Assembly (NCBI GenBank): GCA_965221905.1
Contig: OZ244922.1
Location: 192,001-256,000, forward strand
Source: Chloroflexota bacterium
GTDB lineage: Bacteria; Chloroflexota; UBA11872; VXOZ01
Direction of reading: 5' to 3'
DNA length: 64,000 bases
The translations under genes were made by a program, and so were the position numbers. Positions 20,205 through 30,996 of this stretch are shown here, piece after piece (position 1 is the stretch's first letter; each line of letters opens with the position of its first letter). The notes under the pieces were generated by a model. That model worked only from the letters and a program-made list of their open reading frames with translations. It ran no database searches and was not told the DNA's origin.

Positions 20205-21167
20205 GTGCAACCAAACGTAAAGGCCTCGCAAGTGGTGCTATCCTCAGCAGTCCAATCTCCCGCTTGGCCGGCTCTGCCGCCCAACGGGTGGAGTTGGCCC
20301 GCGTTTGCGCTCGGCGCGATCTGGTATCTGCGGCAGGGAATAAGTGAAAAGGGGCGTGTGCTGCTTGTGCCCCAAGTCGCCGTGACGGTACTCGCGATTA
20401 TCAACACGCTGTTCCTCATCCGCCAGCTCTCATTTCCGGCGGCCGTGCCTCCCGCGATCGTCGGTTCGCTCATACTATGGTCGTTCTTCGGTTGCTATTG
20501 TGCCGCGGCGTTTCGGGGTGATGCTTACCGCCACTGGTGCGAGGCAAACGGACAAACGCCGCTTGTGCCGACGCAGTGGCAGTGGGGGGCATTCTTGCTT
20601 ACCGGTGGCTGGTATGTGGCCCAAGGTATGCGCGTGAAGGGTCTTTGGCTCTGGCTCGCCTTCTTTACGTCGGTGGGCAGTGTGGTCGGCATACCGATTG
20701 GGTACGCTATTATGTGTTACTGTGGCGCGAACTCCCGGGCGGACCGGTTTCTGGAGAATCCACCGGCGCACATCGGCCCCACGCCGCAAGAACACTGGAT
20801 TCACCAGGATGTGCTGAAGGCGCTGACACCGGTTGCGAAGACTCCCCAGGCATCGTTACGTGCCTCGCTGCTGGAAGCTGCGGTGCGCGGGCTGCGCCGA
20901 CAGGGATATGCGGTGGCCCTGGCCGACAGCCAGGATGAAGGGGCCGCCTCTCTTACTCTGGAGAGAGGCGCACGCTTCCTGGCCGTGCGTGTGGTGCCGG
21001 AACTGCCGGTGCCCGCAAGCGAAGTCGTGCAGCTTGTGGCGGCATTGGAGGGAGATGCGCACAAGGTAGGCGTGCTGGTGGTGAACGGGCCGCTTTCCGG
21101 TCCGGCGCAGTCGGCAGCAGAGCAGGCGCACGTGCGTGTCCTAAACGTGCAGGCAGTGGAATCATAG
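20205..21167 (+). CDS. Membrane protein with two DUF2628-like repeats and a degenerate Mrr-like nuclease-fold C-terminus
   Basis: WSWPAFALGAIWYLRQG and WQWGAFLLTGGWYVAQG repeats; C-terminal LRRQGYAV...GVLVVNGPLSGPAQSAA...VRVLN. Confidence 0.6.
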   Translation: MQPNVKASQVVLSSAVQSPAWPALPPNGWSWPAFALGAIWYLRQGISEKGRVLLVPQVAVTVLAIINTLFLIRQLSFPAAVPPAIVGSLILWSFFGCYCAAAFRGDAYRHWCEANGQTPLVPTQWQWGAFLLTGGWYVAQGMRVKGLWLWLAFFTSVGSVVGIPIGYAIMCYCGANSRADRFLENPPAHIGPTPQEHWIHQDVLKALTPVAKTPQASLRASLLEAAVRGLRRQGYAVALADSQDEGAASLTLERGARFLAVRVVPELPVPASEVVQLVAALEGDAHKVGVLVVNGPLSGPAQSAAEQAHVRVLNVQAVES

Positions 21168-21291
21168 TGTTACGTGCTGCCCGCCATCGCGCCGCATTGC
21201 GGCAGCACCACGTGTCCGGGGTCCGCCACGCAAGCCGCAGGGCTATGGCGACGGTAGGGCTGTCACTGTTTGAAACTGAGGAGCGACTCTT

Positions 21292-22110
21292 GTGAACGCA
21301 CGGCGTCTCGGGGCAATTGCGCTCCTTGCCGGGGCCGGCATCCTGCTCCTGCGTTGGTTGCGGCAGTGGGCTGGCGATCCGCCCCTGCAACGCACCTCGC
21401 ATAAGGAGGCAATCGAGCGGCCGGAAAACGTAGCGAGTTACAGCCGCTTCATGGGGCTGCTGCCGTTGCGGCTGATTCGCGGCTTCCTGGCGCGTTACGC
21501 TGCCGCCGGTTCAGTGCAGTGGCGTGTCCTCGACGTGGGGTGTGGGCCGGGGTGGTTTCCGCTCGAGTTGGCGGACCAGGCCCCCGACGCCGTGGTCATT
21601 GGCGTAGACCTTTCGTATCCGATGATTGCGGAGGCGGTTGGCCACGCCGCATCAAGCCAAGAGAAGCAGCGCGTGCTCTTTGCGCAGGCGCGAGGTGAGA
21701 CCTTGCCGTTTGCAGACGGCGCGTTCGACCTCATCGTCAGCACGCTGGCGCTCCATCATTGGCAAGACCCGGTAGCGGTCCTAGAGGAGTTGCGGCGTGT
21801 TGCGCAGCCCGCGGGCCGGATCGTTGTCTTCGATACGCGCCGCGATGTTCATCCCTGGCTTTGGACGGTGCTCAAGGCGGGCCAATCGGTCAGCGATCAG
21901 ATACAGCTATGCGAGGACGGCGAGCCGTCGGCGTCCGTTGCCGCTTCCTATACTGCTTCTGAAACCCACCGCCTTGCGCTCCAAGCCGGTTGGGAACGGG
22001 CGCACGTGAAGGCAGGCTTCGGCTGGATCATGCTGGAGCGTCCCGCTGCGCGGAGGGTGACATTCGCGCCGCCGCCTGTGCCAATTCGCAAGCGGGACGA
22101 TGTGTCATAG
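21292..22110 (+). CDS. Class I SAM-dependent methyltransferase
   Basis: VLDVGCGPG, GVDLS, LPFADGAFDLIVS, LHHW. Confidence 0.9.
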   Translation: MNARRLGAIALLAGAGILLLRWLRQWAGDPPLQRTSHKEAIERPENVASYSRFMGLLPLRLIRGFLARYAAAGSVQWRVLDVGCGPGWFPLELADQAPDAVVIGVDLSYPMIAEAVGHAASSQEKQRVLFAQARGETLPFADGAFDLIVSTLALHHWQDPVAVLEELRRVAQPAGRIVVFDTRRDVHPWLWTVLKAGQSVSDQIQLCEDGEPSASVAASYTASETHRLALQAGWERAHVKAGFGWIMLERPAARRVTFAPPPVPIRKRDDVS

Positions 22111-22636
22111 GTTATTGGGATCGCGACTGATTATGGTCGCGGCAAAGTGTGCAGGGAGAGGGAGGGGCGGCCCGCCGCAGCGTTGCGTTACCTCCTCGTA
22201 TCCTTCTAATGCGGTTCTATATCGTTAGATAGTTCATCCGGCTGCGTGAGGGATGCTGGACATTGCATTGGCTTGTCGCAATAGGCAGATTACCACACGC
22301 AGGCTTCTGCTTAGATTGTGGGCAGTGATCCGGCTGGCAGCCGTCCCAAACGCAACAATCCCACGAATTTAGTAGACTTGAACGTGATCATTTCGCTGGG
22401 TTGCGTTTCCTGTAAATCCGGGCGCAGCGGCGAACCAGAGTTCGGCGAACCGGAGTTTGAGGAATCGAGAACCAGTGCACACGAGATTCTTCGTCGCCGG
22501 AGCTTATCCTGAGCTTGCCGAAGAGCTTCCTCACAATGACAGATTGAGGAGCCCGTCAAAGTGCGGATACGCATGCTGTCTCGTATATCCGGACGGCCTA
22601 AGTCCAAACCTGCGATCTCCGTAGTCTCTTATACAC

Positions 22637-24418
22637 ATGAGTGATTCTCGCTGCCAAAATTCCGAGTTCTTGCAGCCCCAAGCCTTCCTACGAGGTCGAG
22701 AAGGTATTCTCGTGCTCGTGCGCGGAGTCTGCGCAGGCCCTTTTCTCGCAATGCTCTTCGTGGATCGCGCCTGGCCGTGGCAAGCGTCGCTGCCGTGGTT
22801 GTTGGCGATTGCGCTTGCGCCGGTTGGCGTTATCTGCTGGCAGTGGGCCTATTGGTGGGTGCTCCGACGCATGGGAGCGCAGGGCCCGGCGCTTGGGCGC
22901 GCCTTCAACTGGTCGCTAGCGCCCTTTTGGCTGGGAGCACCGGGTCTGGCGCTGTTCTATCTCAACGACTTCACCCACCACCTGCTCTGGCATGTTGCGT
23001 TGGCAAAAATACTTGCAGCGTACGTGATTGTGGGAATTACGCTCGCTCTGCAGGTGTGGGTGCTCGATACGGCGCCTGCGCTCGACCGCTGGCCGCTCTT
23101 GCGACTGGCAATGCTCTTCCGCCAAGCAACGCCTTTTCGCCTGGCGACGCTTTTCCGCCGGACAACGCCATTCCGTCATTCCCGCGAAAGCGGGAATCCA
23201 CTCTTGGAGAGCTGGTCCCAGGTGTGGCAGTTACTCCGCGTGCATGCCGCGCTCGTAATACTGCTTGTGGCCGGCCTGGCGCTGCGCCTGCGCGATCTTC
23301 TCCTCGAGGGCGGCGACGTGGAGCACTTCTATTTCTACGCCAGCACGGTCTTCACCAAGATCCACTTCCTCTACTACCACCTGACCCGCGACCTACCCTG
23401 GCCGCTGGACCAACTGGCAACGTTCAATCTCATCATGGCGCCACTTTGGCGCGCGGCGTACCACTTCGATTGGCCGCAGATTCTCTCCATCAAGATTCCT
23501 ACCTACGCCGCAGATGTGCTGAGCACGATTGTCGTCTATACGCTGGTCTTGCAGGCGCAAAGGTATTTTTTGGGAGGGGTTGCCGGTGGCGGGGATAGCG
23601 AATCCGATGGTGAAGCTTCACTGTCTGCGCCCCGGCTGGGCCTGCTTGTAGCACTGGTCGCCGCGTCTGTTTGGTACCTGCACCCCTGGCTGCTGACCGC
23701 CACAATCGATAACGCGCAAAGCCACGCCGTCGCCCTGCTCTTCTTTGTGCTGGCCGTGGCGCGGTGGGAGAAGCCCTGGCTGGCCGGCATCTTCCTGGCG
23801 CTCGCCGCATCCACGCGCCTGGAGTTCGGCATTGCCGGCATTGTGGCGTTCTTCTGGTACCTGCGCTGGCGCGGCGTGCAGAGTGCCGGCCTTTACGCGC
23901 TGACCTCGCTCGGTCTGTTGGGACTGATCGCAGTACCGTACGCCGCCGTTGACTTGTCGGCTTTCCGCTGGGCGCTCGGCGGACACCTGCTGGACCGCGG
24001 CGAGCCGCTGCTACTCGTGCAGGAGATTTACGAATCATTCGGCGGGTCTGCCCCCGCGTGGCTAAACGCGCTCGACAACCGCTACGTGGGCCTGGCGAAC
24101 GCGCTCTTCGCCATTCTTGTGATGTTCGATCCCAGCCACCGCCGCGCGCTGGCCAAAGCCGGGCTCTTCTACATCCTCACACTGCCGGTTATCCACGTCC
24201 GCTACCTCCTGTTCGGCTGGGCAGCGCTCTTCCTCTTCGCGCTACCCCACCACCGCCGCCTGCTCTACCTCGTCCCCGGCCTGCTCTGGGTAAATTCGGA
24301 CATCCCCCGCCTCTGGCTCCTCGGCACCTTCTTAGCTGTGTTCGTGGCGCTGTTCTTTACCAAAGAGCCTCGCATGGAAACCGAGACGGAAAGTGCACCC
24401 GCTGCCGTGCCAAGGTGA
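22637..24418 (+). CDS. Polytopic membrane protein, GT-C (GT87-like) glycosyltransferase candidate
   Basis: Many TM segments; GGDVEHF, IKIPTYAAD, WYLHP motifs typical of GT-C; start uncertain. Confidence 0.6.
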   Translation: MSDSRCQNSEFLQPQAFLRGREGILVLVRGVCAGPFLAMLFVDRAWPWQASLPWLLAIALAPVGVICWQWAYWWVLRRMGAQGPALGRAFNWSLAPFWLGAPGLALFYLNDFTHHLLWHVALAKILAAYVIVGITLALQVWVLDTAPALDRWPLLRLAMLFRQATPFRLATLFRRTTPFRHSRESGNPLLESWSQVWQLLRVHAALVILLVAGLALRLRDLLLEGGDVEHFYFYASTVFTKIHFLYYHLTRDLPWPLDQLATFNLIMAPLWRAAYHFDWPQILSIKIPTYAADVLSTIVVYTLVLQAQRYFLGGVAGGGDSESDGEASLSAPRLGLLVALVAASVWYLHPWLLTATIDNAQSHAVALLFFVLAVARWEKPWLAGIFLALAASTRLEFGIAGIVAFFWYLRWRGVQSAGLYALTSLGLLGLIAVPYAAVDLSAFRWALGGHLLDRGEPLLLVQEIYESFGGSAPAWLNALDNRYVGLANALFAILVMFDPSHRRALAKAGLFYILTLPVIHVRYLLFGWAALFLFALPHHRRLLYLVPGLLWVNSDIPRLWLLGTFLAVFVALFFTKEPRMETETESAPAAVPR

Positions 24419-24640
24419 TTGCAGCCATCATGATCTTGGTCGCTACGCACGGGCGCTTGTTGGTCTGAGAAGCTCAATCAAAGGATATGCGGCGCAACAG
24501 GCGCTTAATTGGCGTCGATACGTGGATTGCGTCAGCTAGAGAGATGGTGCCCACATGATGGGACTTCGTGTTGTGGTCTCCAGCGACGAGGCGATATGAT
24601 ACGGAAGTAGGAGGTCGAATACTGGATAGAAACACCTAAC

Positions 24641-25288
24641 ATGATTGCGATTATTGACTACGGTGCCGGGAATTTGCGGAGTGTGAGCCGGGCGGTGGCG
24701 TTGTATACGCAGGACTACGTGGTGACGCAGGACCCGGCGGCGGTGGAGCGCGCCGCGGCGGTGATCTTGCCCGGCGTGGGGGCGGCGGGAGATACCATTC
24801 GCGGGCTGGCGCGGCACGGCATGACCGATCTGGTGAAGGCGACGATTGCGTCCGGCAAGCCCTATTTCGGCATTTGCATGGGGTTGCAGGTCTTGCTGAC
24901 GGCGAGTGAGGAAGACGGCGGCACGCCTTGCCTGGATATCTATCCCGGCGTGGTGCGGCGCTTCTCTAAAGGGCTTACCGTGCCGCATATGGGCTGGAAC
25001 CAGGTGCGCCAAGCGCAGGAGCATCCCATGTTCGCCGGTATCCCGGATGACGCCTATTTCTACTTCGTGCACTCGTACTACACCGATCCGGACGCCGCCG
25101 CGCTTACGGCCGGTACGACCGACTATGGCGTGACCTTTCCCAGCGTGCTGGCGCGCGAGAACGTCTTTGCTACCCAGTTCCATCCGGAAAAGAGCGCAGC
25201 ATTGGGCCTGCGGCTCTATGCGAATTTCGTGGCCTGGGCGACGGGCACGACGGCATGTGCATCGAGTGGTCTGCACGCTAGACCTTGA
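24641..25288 (+). CDS. hisH: Imidazole glycerol phosphate synthase, glutaminase subunit
   Basis: IIDYGAGNLRSV, GICMGLQ, VPHMGWN, YFVHSY, QFHPEKS. Confidence 0.97.
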   Translation: MIAIIDYGAGNLRSVSRAVALYTQDYVVTQDPAAVERAAAVILPGVGAAGDTIRGLARHGMTDLVKATIASGKPYFGICMGLQVLLTASEEDGGTPCLDIYPGVVRRFSKGLTVPHMGWNQVRQAQEHPMFAGIPDDAYFYFVHSYYTDPDAAALTAGTTDYGVTFPSVLARENVFATQFHPEKSAALGLRLYANFVAWATGTTACASSGLHARP

Positions 25289-25777
25289 GGTCAAATGGGG
25301 TTAGGGTCAGCGAGTGCATGGCCGGGCATGGTAGCTATCTAAGTGCCAAGAAGCGGGGACAAGTGCCGTTCATTCTTCGACCCTTCGGCATGCTCAGGAC
25401 AGGCATGCTCAGGACGAACGGATACTGTTCCGTCGCCATGACGCAATGCCGGAGAGGCGGGGGACAAGCCCCTGTTCATCCTTCGACCCTTCGGCATGCT
25501 CAGGACAGGCAGGCTCAGGACGAACGGATACTATTTCGCTGCCATGACACGGTGCTGAGGAGCGGGGGACAAGCCCCGTTCAACCTTCGACAAGCTCAGG
25601 ACGAACGGATACTATTTCGCTGCCATGACACGGTGCTGAGGAGCGGGGGATAAGCCCCTGTTCATCCTTCGACAAGCTCAGGACGAACGGATACTGTTCC
25701 GCCATGACGCAATGGCGGGGAGGTGGGGGACAAGCCTCCCGTTCATCCTTCGACAGGCTCAGAAACTGTCTTGGGTG

Positions 25778-26895
<1,118 letters not shown>

Positions 26896-27343
26896 CCCTT
26901 TTCCAAGATATAAGGACGAACGGATACTATTTCGCTGCCATGACACGGTGCTGAGGAGCGGGGGACAAGCCTTCCGTTCAACCTTCGACAAGCTCAGGAC
27001 GAACGGATACTATTTCGCTGCCATGACACGGTGCTGAGGAGCGGGGGACAAGCCTCCCGTTCAACCTTCGACAAGCTCAGGACGAACGGATACTATTTCG
27101 CTGCCATGACATGGTGCTGAGGAGCGGGGGACAAGCCTTCCGTTCAACCTTCGACAAGCTTAGGACGAACGGATACTATTTCGCTGCCATGACACAATGC
27201 CGGAGAGGCGAGGGACAAGCCCCCGCGCTACGAGATGCTAATGAAGATTGAGCTTGCGCAGCCAAGGGAACATAAATTTAATTCAGGTGATAAGATTCGT
27301 GGAATGCTAACGGGCAAGCGGCAATCAGGCTAGTTACAAGGTT

Positions 27344-28069
27344 ATGCAAGTTATTCCCGCAATCGACATCAAAGACGGCGCGGTCGTGCGCCTCTATAAA
27401 GGCGATTTTGCCCGGCGGACGGTCTTTTCCCACGATCCCGTGGAGACCGCCCGCGGCTGGGAGACCCAGGGCGCGGCGCTGCTCCACGTGGTAGACCTGG
27501 ACGGCACCGAGAAGGGCAGCAGCCGGAATCTGCCGGTGGTGGCTGCCGTGGCGAAGGCGCTGACGATACCCGTGCAGATGGGCGGCGGCTTGCGCGACCT
27601 GACGGCCATCGAAGAGGTGATCGCAGCGGGTGTGGCGCGGGTGGTCTTGGGTACGGTGGCGTTGGAGGAGCCCGCGCTGGTGGCCGAAACGTGCGCGCGC
27701 TACGCCGATCGGGTGGTGGTGGCGCTGGACGCCCGCAACGGCAAGGTGATGACCCACGGCTGGCAGCAGGAAAGCACCGTTGACATGTTCGACCTGGCGC
27801 AGCAGATGGTCGCCAACGGTGTGAGCCGCTTCCTCTACACCGACGTAGAGCGCGACGGCACGCTCTCCCAACCCAACTTCGAGGCAACAGCGGCACTGGC
27901 GCGGGCCGTGAGCGTGCCGGTGATTGCTTCCGGCGGGGTCGCGACTCTCGAACACCTCACGCGGCTGGCAACCCTCGGCGTTGAGGGTTCAATCGTCGGC
28001 TCCGCGCTCTATCGCGGCGCATTCACGCTGTCCGAGGCCCTGGCAGTGGTGGGCTATCCGGGACTATAG
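27344..28069 (+). CDS. hisA: ProFAR isomerase
   Basis: VIPAIDI..G.VVRLYKG, LHVVDLDG, QMGGGLR, YTDVERDGTL, ASGGV. Confidence 0.97.
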   Translation: MQVIPAIDIKDGAVVRLYKGDFARRTVFSHDPVETARGWETQGAALLHVVDLDGTEKGSSRNLPVVAAVAKALTIPVQMGGGLRDLTAIEEVIAAGVARVVLGTVALEEPALVAETCARYADRVVVALDARNGKVMTHGWQQESTVDMFDLAQQMVANGVSRFLYTDVERDGTLSQPNFEATAALARAVSVPVIASGGVATLEHLTRLATLGVEGSIVGSALYRGAFTLSEALAVVGYPGL

Positions 28070-28206
28070 GTGACGATTCGGGCACACCTCACTAAGTTCT
28101 TGTTGTGTTAGGAAGGATGATCAGGACGTATTGCCGCTGCTGGCTGTTTCTGCCCGGGTGATTGATAGAGGCACACGAGGGGACTTGGATTGCTGCCTAT
28201 TGCACC

Positions 28207-28235
28207 TTGACACCTTTTGTGCTGTTTGCTAACAT
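28207..28235 (+). promoter_or_regulatory. Near-consensus sigma70 promoter of the NYN cassette
   Basis: TTGACA-N17-TAACAT. Confidence 0.75.
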
Positions 28236-28241
28236 TTGAAT

Positions 28242-28301
28242 ACAACCCCTATCCGCTTCGCCGGTAGGGTGGAGACCGCTCCCAGAGCGGTCTCTGTCTT
28301 T
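28242..28301 (+). ncRNA. Putative short two-hairpin leader/antitoxin RNA ending in a terminator-like hairpin
   Basis: CCCTA..TAGGG hairpin (28247-28269), then GAGACCGCTC-CCA-GAGCGGTCTC (28272-28294) plus TGTCTTT. Confidence 0.5.
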
Positions 28302-28323
28302 AAGTGGTCAGATGGAGTGTCGA

Positions 28324-28953
28324 GTGAAGACCAACGTCTACGTAGATGGTTTCAATCTCTACTACCGTGCATTACGTGACACGCCATTCAGATGGCTCGA
28401 CCTCTGCAAACTGGCGGAGGTGCTCTTTCCGCAAGACACGATCAATCAAGTCTGTTACTTTACCGCATTGCTTAGTGCGCGTCCGAATGACCCCGGTCAA
28501 CCGCGGCGGCAGTTGGTGTACTTGAGAGCGCTAGCAACTTTGCCGAATCTTGAGGTCTACTACGGTACGTTCCGTTCCCGAACCAAATTTCGTCCGCTGG
28601 CTAACCCAATAGCAGGAATGCCGGGCGTAGTTCAAGTAAGAGATTCGGAGGAGAAGGGCTCTGACGTGAACCTCGTAACCAGGCTGTTGGTTGATGGGTT
28701 CAATGGCCGGTATGAACAGGCTGTTGTGGTATCCAACGACTCAGACTTTACAAGCGCCATACGCTACGTGCGAGAGGGATTGCGCCTTCGCGCAACGGTT
28801 GTTAATCCAGATCGCAAGATTAAGACGCACAAGGACCTAAGAGCCGCGGCAACATATGTCAAAAGGCTCTGGAAGAGTCATCTACGTCAAAGTCAGTTTC
28901 CTGATACGCTGGTCGACGTCCATGGCACAATCAATAAACCACATAGTTGGTGA
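28324..28953 (+). CDS. NYN-domain (PIN-like) ribonuclease
   Basis: VYVDGFNLYY, EEKGSDVNL, VVSNDSDF acidic catalytic motifs intact; GTG after GGAG (alternative ATG at 28312). Confidence 0.9.
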   Translation: MKTNVYVDGFNLYYRALRDTPFRWLDLCKLAEVLFPQDTINQVCYFTALLSARPNDPGQPRRQLVYLRALATLPNLEVYYGTFRSRTKFRPLANPIAGMPGVVQVRDSEEKGSDVNLVTRLLVDGFNGRYEQAVVVSNDSDFTSAIRYVREGLRLRATVVNPDRKIKTHKDLRAAATYVKRLWKSHLRQSQFPDTLVDVHGTINKPHSW

Positions 28954-29176
28954 TAGGTGTAACCTGGGAGAGACCTTTGTAGAACGAGGCCGCACTGAAT
29001 TGAAGTGCGCTAACAGCCCTTCAGCAATTCGCTGTAGGCCGATGTGATGCCTTGAAAGATGTCCTCTATCATGGTAATTGTGGGGGGTACGTTCAATTCA
29101 TTTTTAGCTCCGGCTAAGCGCTAACAGAGGTTTATGCAGTTCTTCCCGTTCTATGTGACGAATCGCTTTGATAGGA

Positions 29177-29950
29177 ATGCTTACAACACGCATCATCCCC
29201 TGTCTCGACGTGCATGGCGGCCGCGTGGTGCGCGGCGTGCAATTTTCGGCTGATAAGGACGCTGGCGACCCCATCGAGCTGGCTCTGCGCTACAACGAGC
29301 AGAGCGCCGACGAACTGGTCTACTACGACATCACCGCCTCGGCGGAAGAGCGCGGCATCTTTCAAGACCTCGTGGAGCGCACCGCCGACCAGCTTTTCAT
29401 TCCGCTCACTGTCGGCGGCGGCATTCGCACGGCGCCGGACATGCGCCGCATGCTCATGGCGGGCGCGGACAAGGTCTCCATCAATACGGCGGCGGTGGAG
29501 AATCCCGACCTCATCAACGCCGGGGCCGAGGGCTTCGGCAGCCAGTGCACCGTGCTCTCCATGGACGTCAAGCGCGTGCCCCAAGCCGACGGTACGCTGA
29601 AATGGCACGTCTTTACCCACGGCGGCCGCCGCCAAACGGCGGGCGAGGCGGTGCCGTGGGCGGTCGAGGGCGTGGAGCGCGGCGCGGGCGAGATCGTGGT
29701 CAACAGCATCGATGCCGACGGCACGTTGGCCGGCTACGATCTGGAACTCCTCGCTGCCGTGTGCGCCGCCGTGGACGTGCCGGTGATCGCCAGTGGTGGC
29801 GGCGGCACCCTGGAGCATCTCTTCGAGGCCCTCGATCAAGGCCACGCCCACGCCGTGCTCGCTGCTTCGATCTTCCACTACGAGCACTTCACGGTGCGTG
29901 AAGTGAAGGAGTACTTGGCCGCGAAGGGCATCCCCATGCGGCTGGCGTAG
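29177..29950 (+). CDS. hisF: Imidazole glycerol phosphate synthase, cyclase subunit
   Basis: [45 protein letters not shown]. Confidence 0.97.
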   Translation: MLTTRIIPCLDVHGGRVVRGVQFSADKDAGDPIELALRYNEQSADELVYYDITASAEERGIFQDLVERTADQLFIPLTVGGGIRTAPDMRRMLMAGADKVSINTAAVENPDLINAGAEGFGSQCTVLSMDVKRVPQADGTLKWHVFTHGGRRQTAGEAVPWAVEGVERGAGEIVVNSIDADGTLAGYDLELLAAVCAAVDVPVIASGGGGTLEHLFEALDQGHAHAVLAASIFHYEHFTVREVKEYLAAKGIPMRLA

Positions 29951-30012
29951 GTCGTTGTAATCCACGTCGATATTAGCGCTTACTTTCTAAATTCAAATCT
30001 GTGGAGAAGAGT

Positions 30013-30993
30013 ATGTCGGCGAAGCTGCAAATTCGACCGTACAACCCTAATCTCGACTCGGTGGCCCTGCTTCCCCTCTGGCAGGTTGCGCTCGGTGACA
30101 CCTGGCCGATGCGCGATGATCTCTTGCGGCGACTATTGACCGATCATCGCTTCTATCGTGGGGACGATCACTTCGTGGCGGTCGCGGACGAGCGGATCGT
30201 TGGCTTCGTGGGCACGCAGATTGACCGGAGCGAGGCAGACGTGCAGGAACGCAGCGGCGGCATCTCCGTCGTGCTCGTGCATCCCGAAAGGCAGCGGCGG
30301 GGTATCGGCACGCGATTGCATGAGGCGGCGCTTGAACATCTACGGCAGGCGGGCGTGGGTGCGTTGCGTCTCGGCGGTGGGGGAGCGTATCGCTTCTGGC
30401 CGGGAATCCCCACCGACTTGCCCGGCGCGTACCCGTTCTTCGCCTCCTGTGGCTGGCCTTTGGACCCGGAGCAGCGGTCGTGCGACCTCGTGCGCGATCT
30501 TAGCGACTATCAGATGCCTGCGGCGATGCGCGCGCGCTTGGCGCAGGAGCAGGTGACAATACGCCCGGCCCGGGATGACGAGGTAGCGGACGTGCTCGCC
30601 TTTGAAGCGGAGCACTTTCCCGGTTGGGCCACAGCATTCTTCTACACGGCCGAACTCGGCGACTTCCAGAATATGCTAGTCGCAATCGACCAACGGAAGA
30701 GCATCGTGGGCACGCTTATGTTGCACACCCCGACGTCCCGCTGGCTGGGGGCGAATGTGGTCTGGAAAACGCTGCTGGGGGACAACCTCGGCGGCATCAG
30801 CGCCGTGGGCGTGGCGGCGAGCGAGCGGGGGCGCGGCATTGGCATCGGCATGGTGGCAGTGGGCTCAGAGGTGCTGCGGGACCGTGGCATCGGCAATTGC
30901 CACATCGACTGGACGCGCATCGTCGACTTCTACGGCAAGCTGGGCTATACGGTCTGGCGCGAATACTGGATGAGCGGCAGGGCGCTCGTGTGA
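30013..30993 (+). CDS. Tandem GNAT acetyltransferase
   Basis: Two acetyl-CoA motifs: VHPERQRRGIG and VAASERGRGIG; FYGKLG. Confidence 0.88.
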   Translation: MSAKLQIRPYNPNLDSVALLPLWQVALGDTWPMRDDLLRRLLTDHRFYRGDDHFVAVADERIVGFVGTQIDRSEADVQERSGGISVVLVHPERQRRGIGTRLHEAALEHLRQAGVGALRLGGGGAYRFWPGIPTDLPGAYPFFASCGWPLDPEQRSCDLVRDLSDYQMPAAMRARLAQEQVTIRPARDDEVADVLAFEAEHFPGWATAFFYTAELGDFQNMLVAIDQRKSIVGTLMLHTPTSRWLGANVVWKTLLGDNLGGISAVGVAASERGRGIGIGMVAVGSEVLRDRGIGNCHIDWTRIVDFYGKLGYTVWREYWMSGRALV

Positions 30994-30996
30994 GCT

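Noticed and set aside
22311-22607. 98-aa ORF
   Set aside because: Its middle is translation of nested palindromic repeats (CHCEE..LRQAQDKL); likely spurious.
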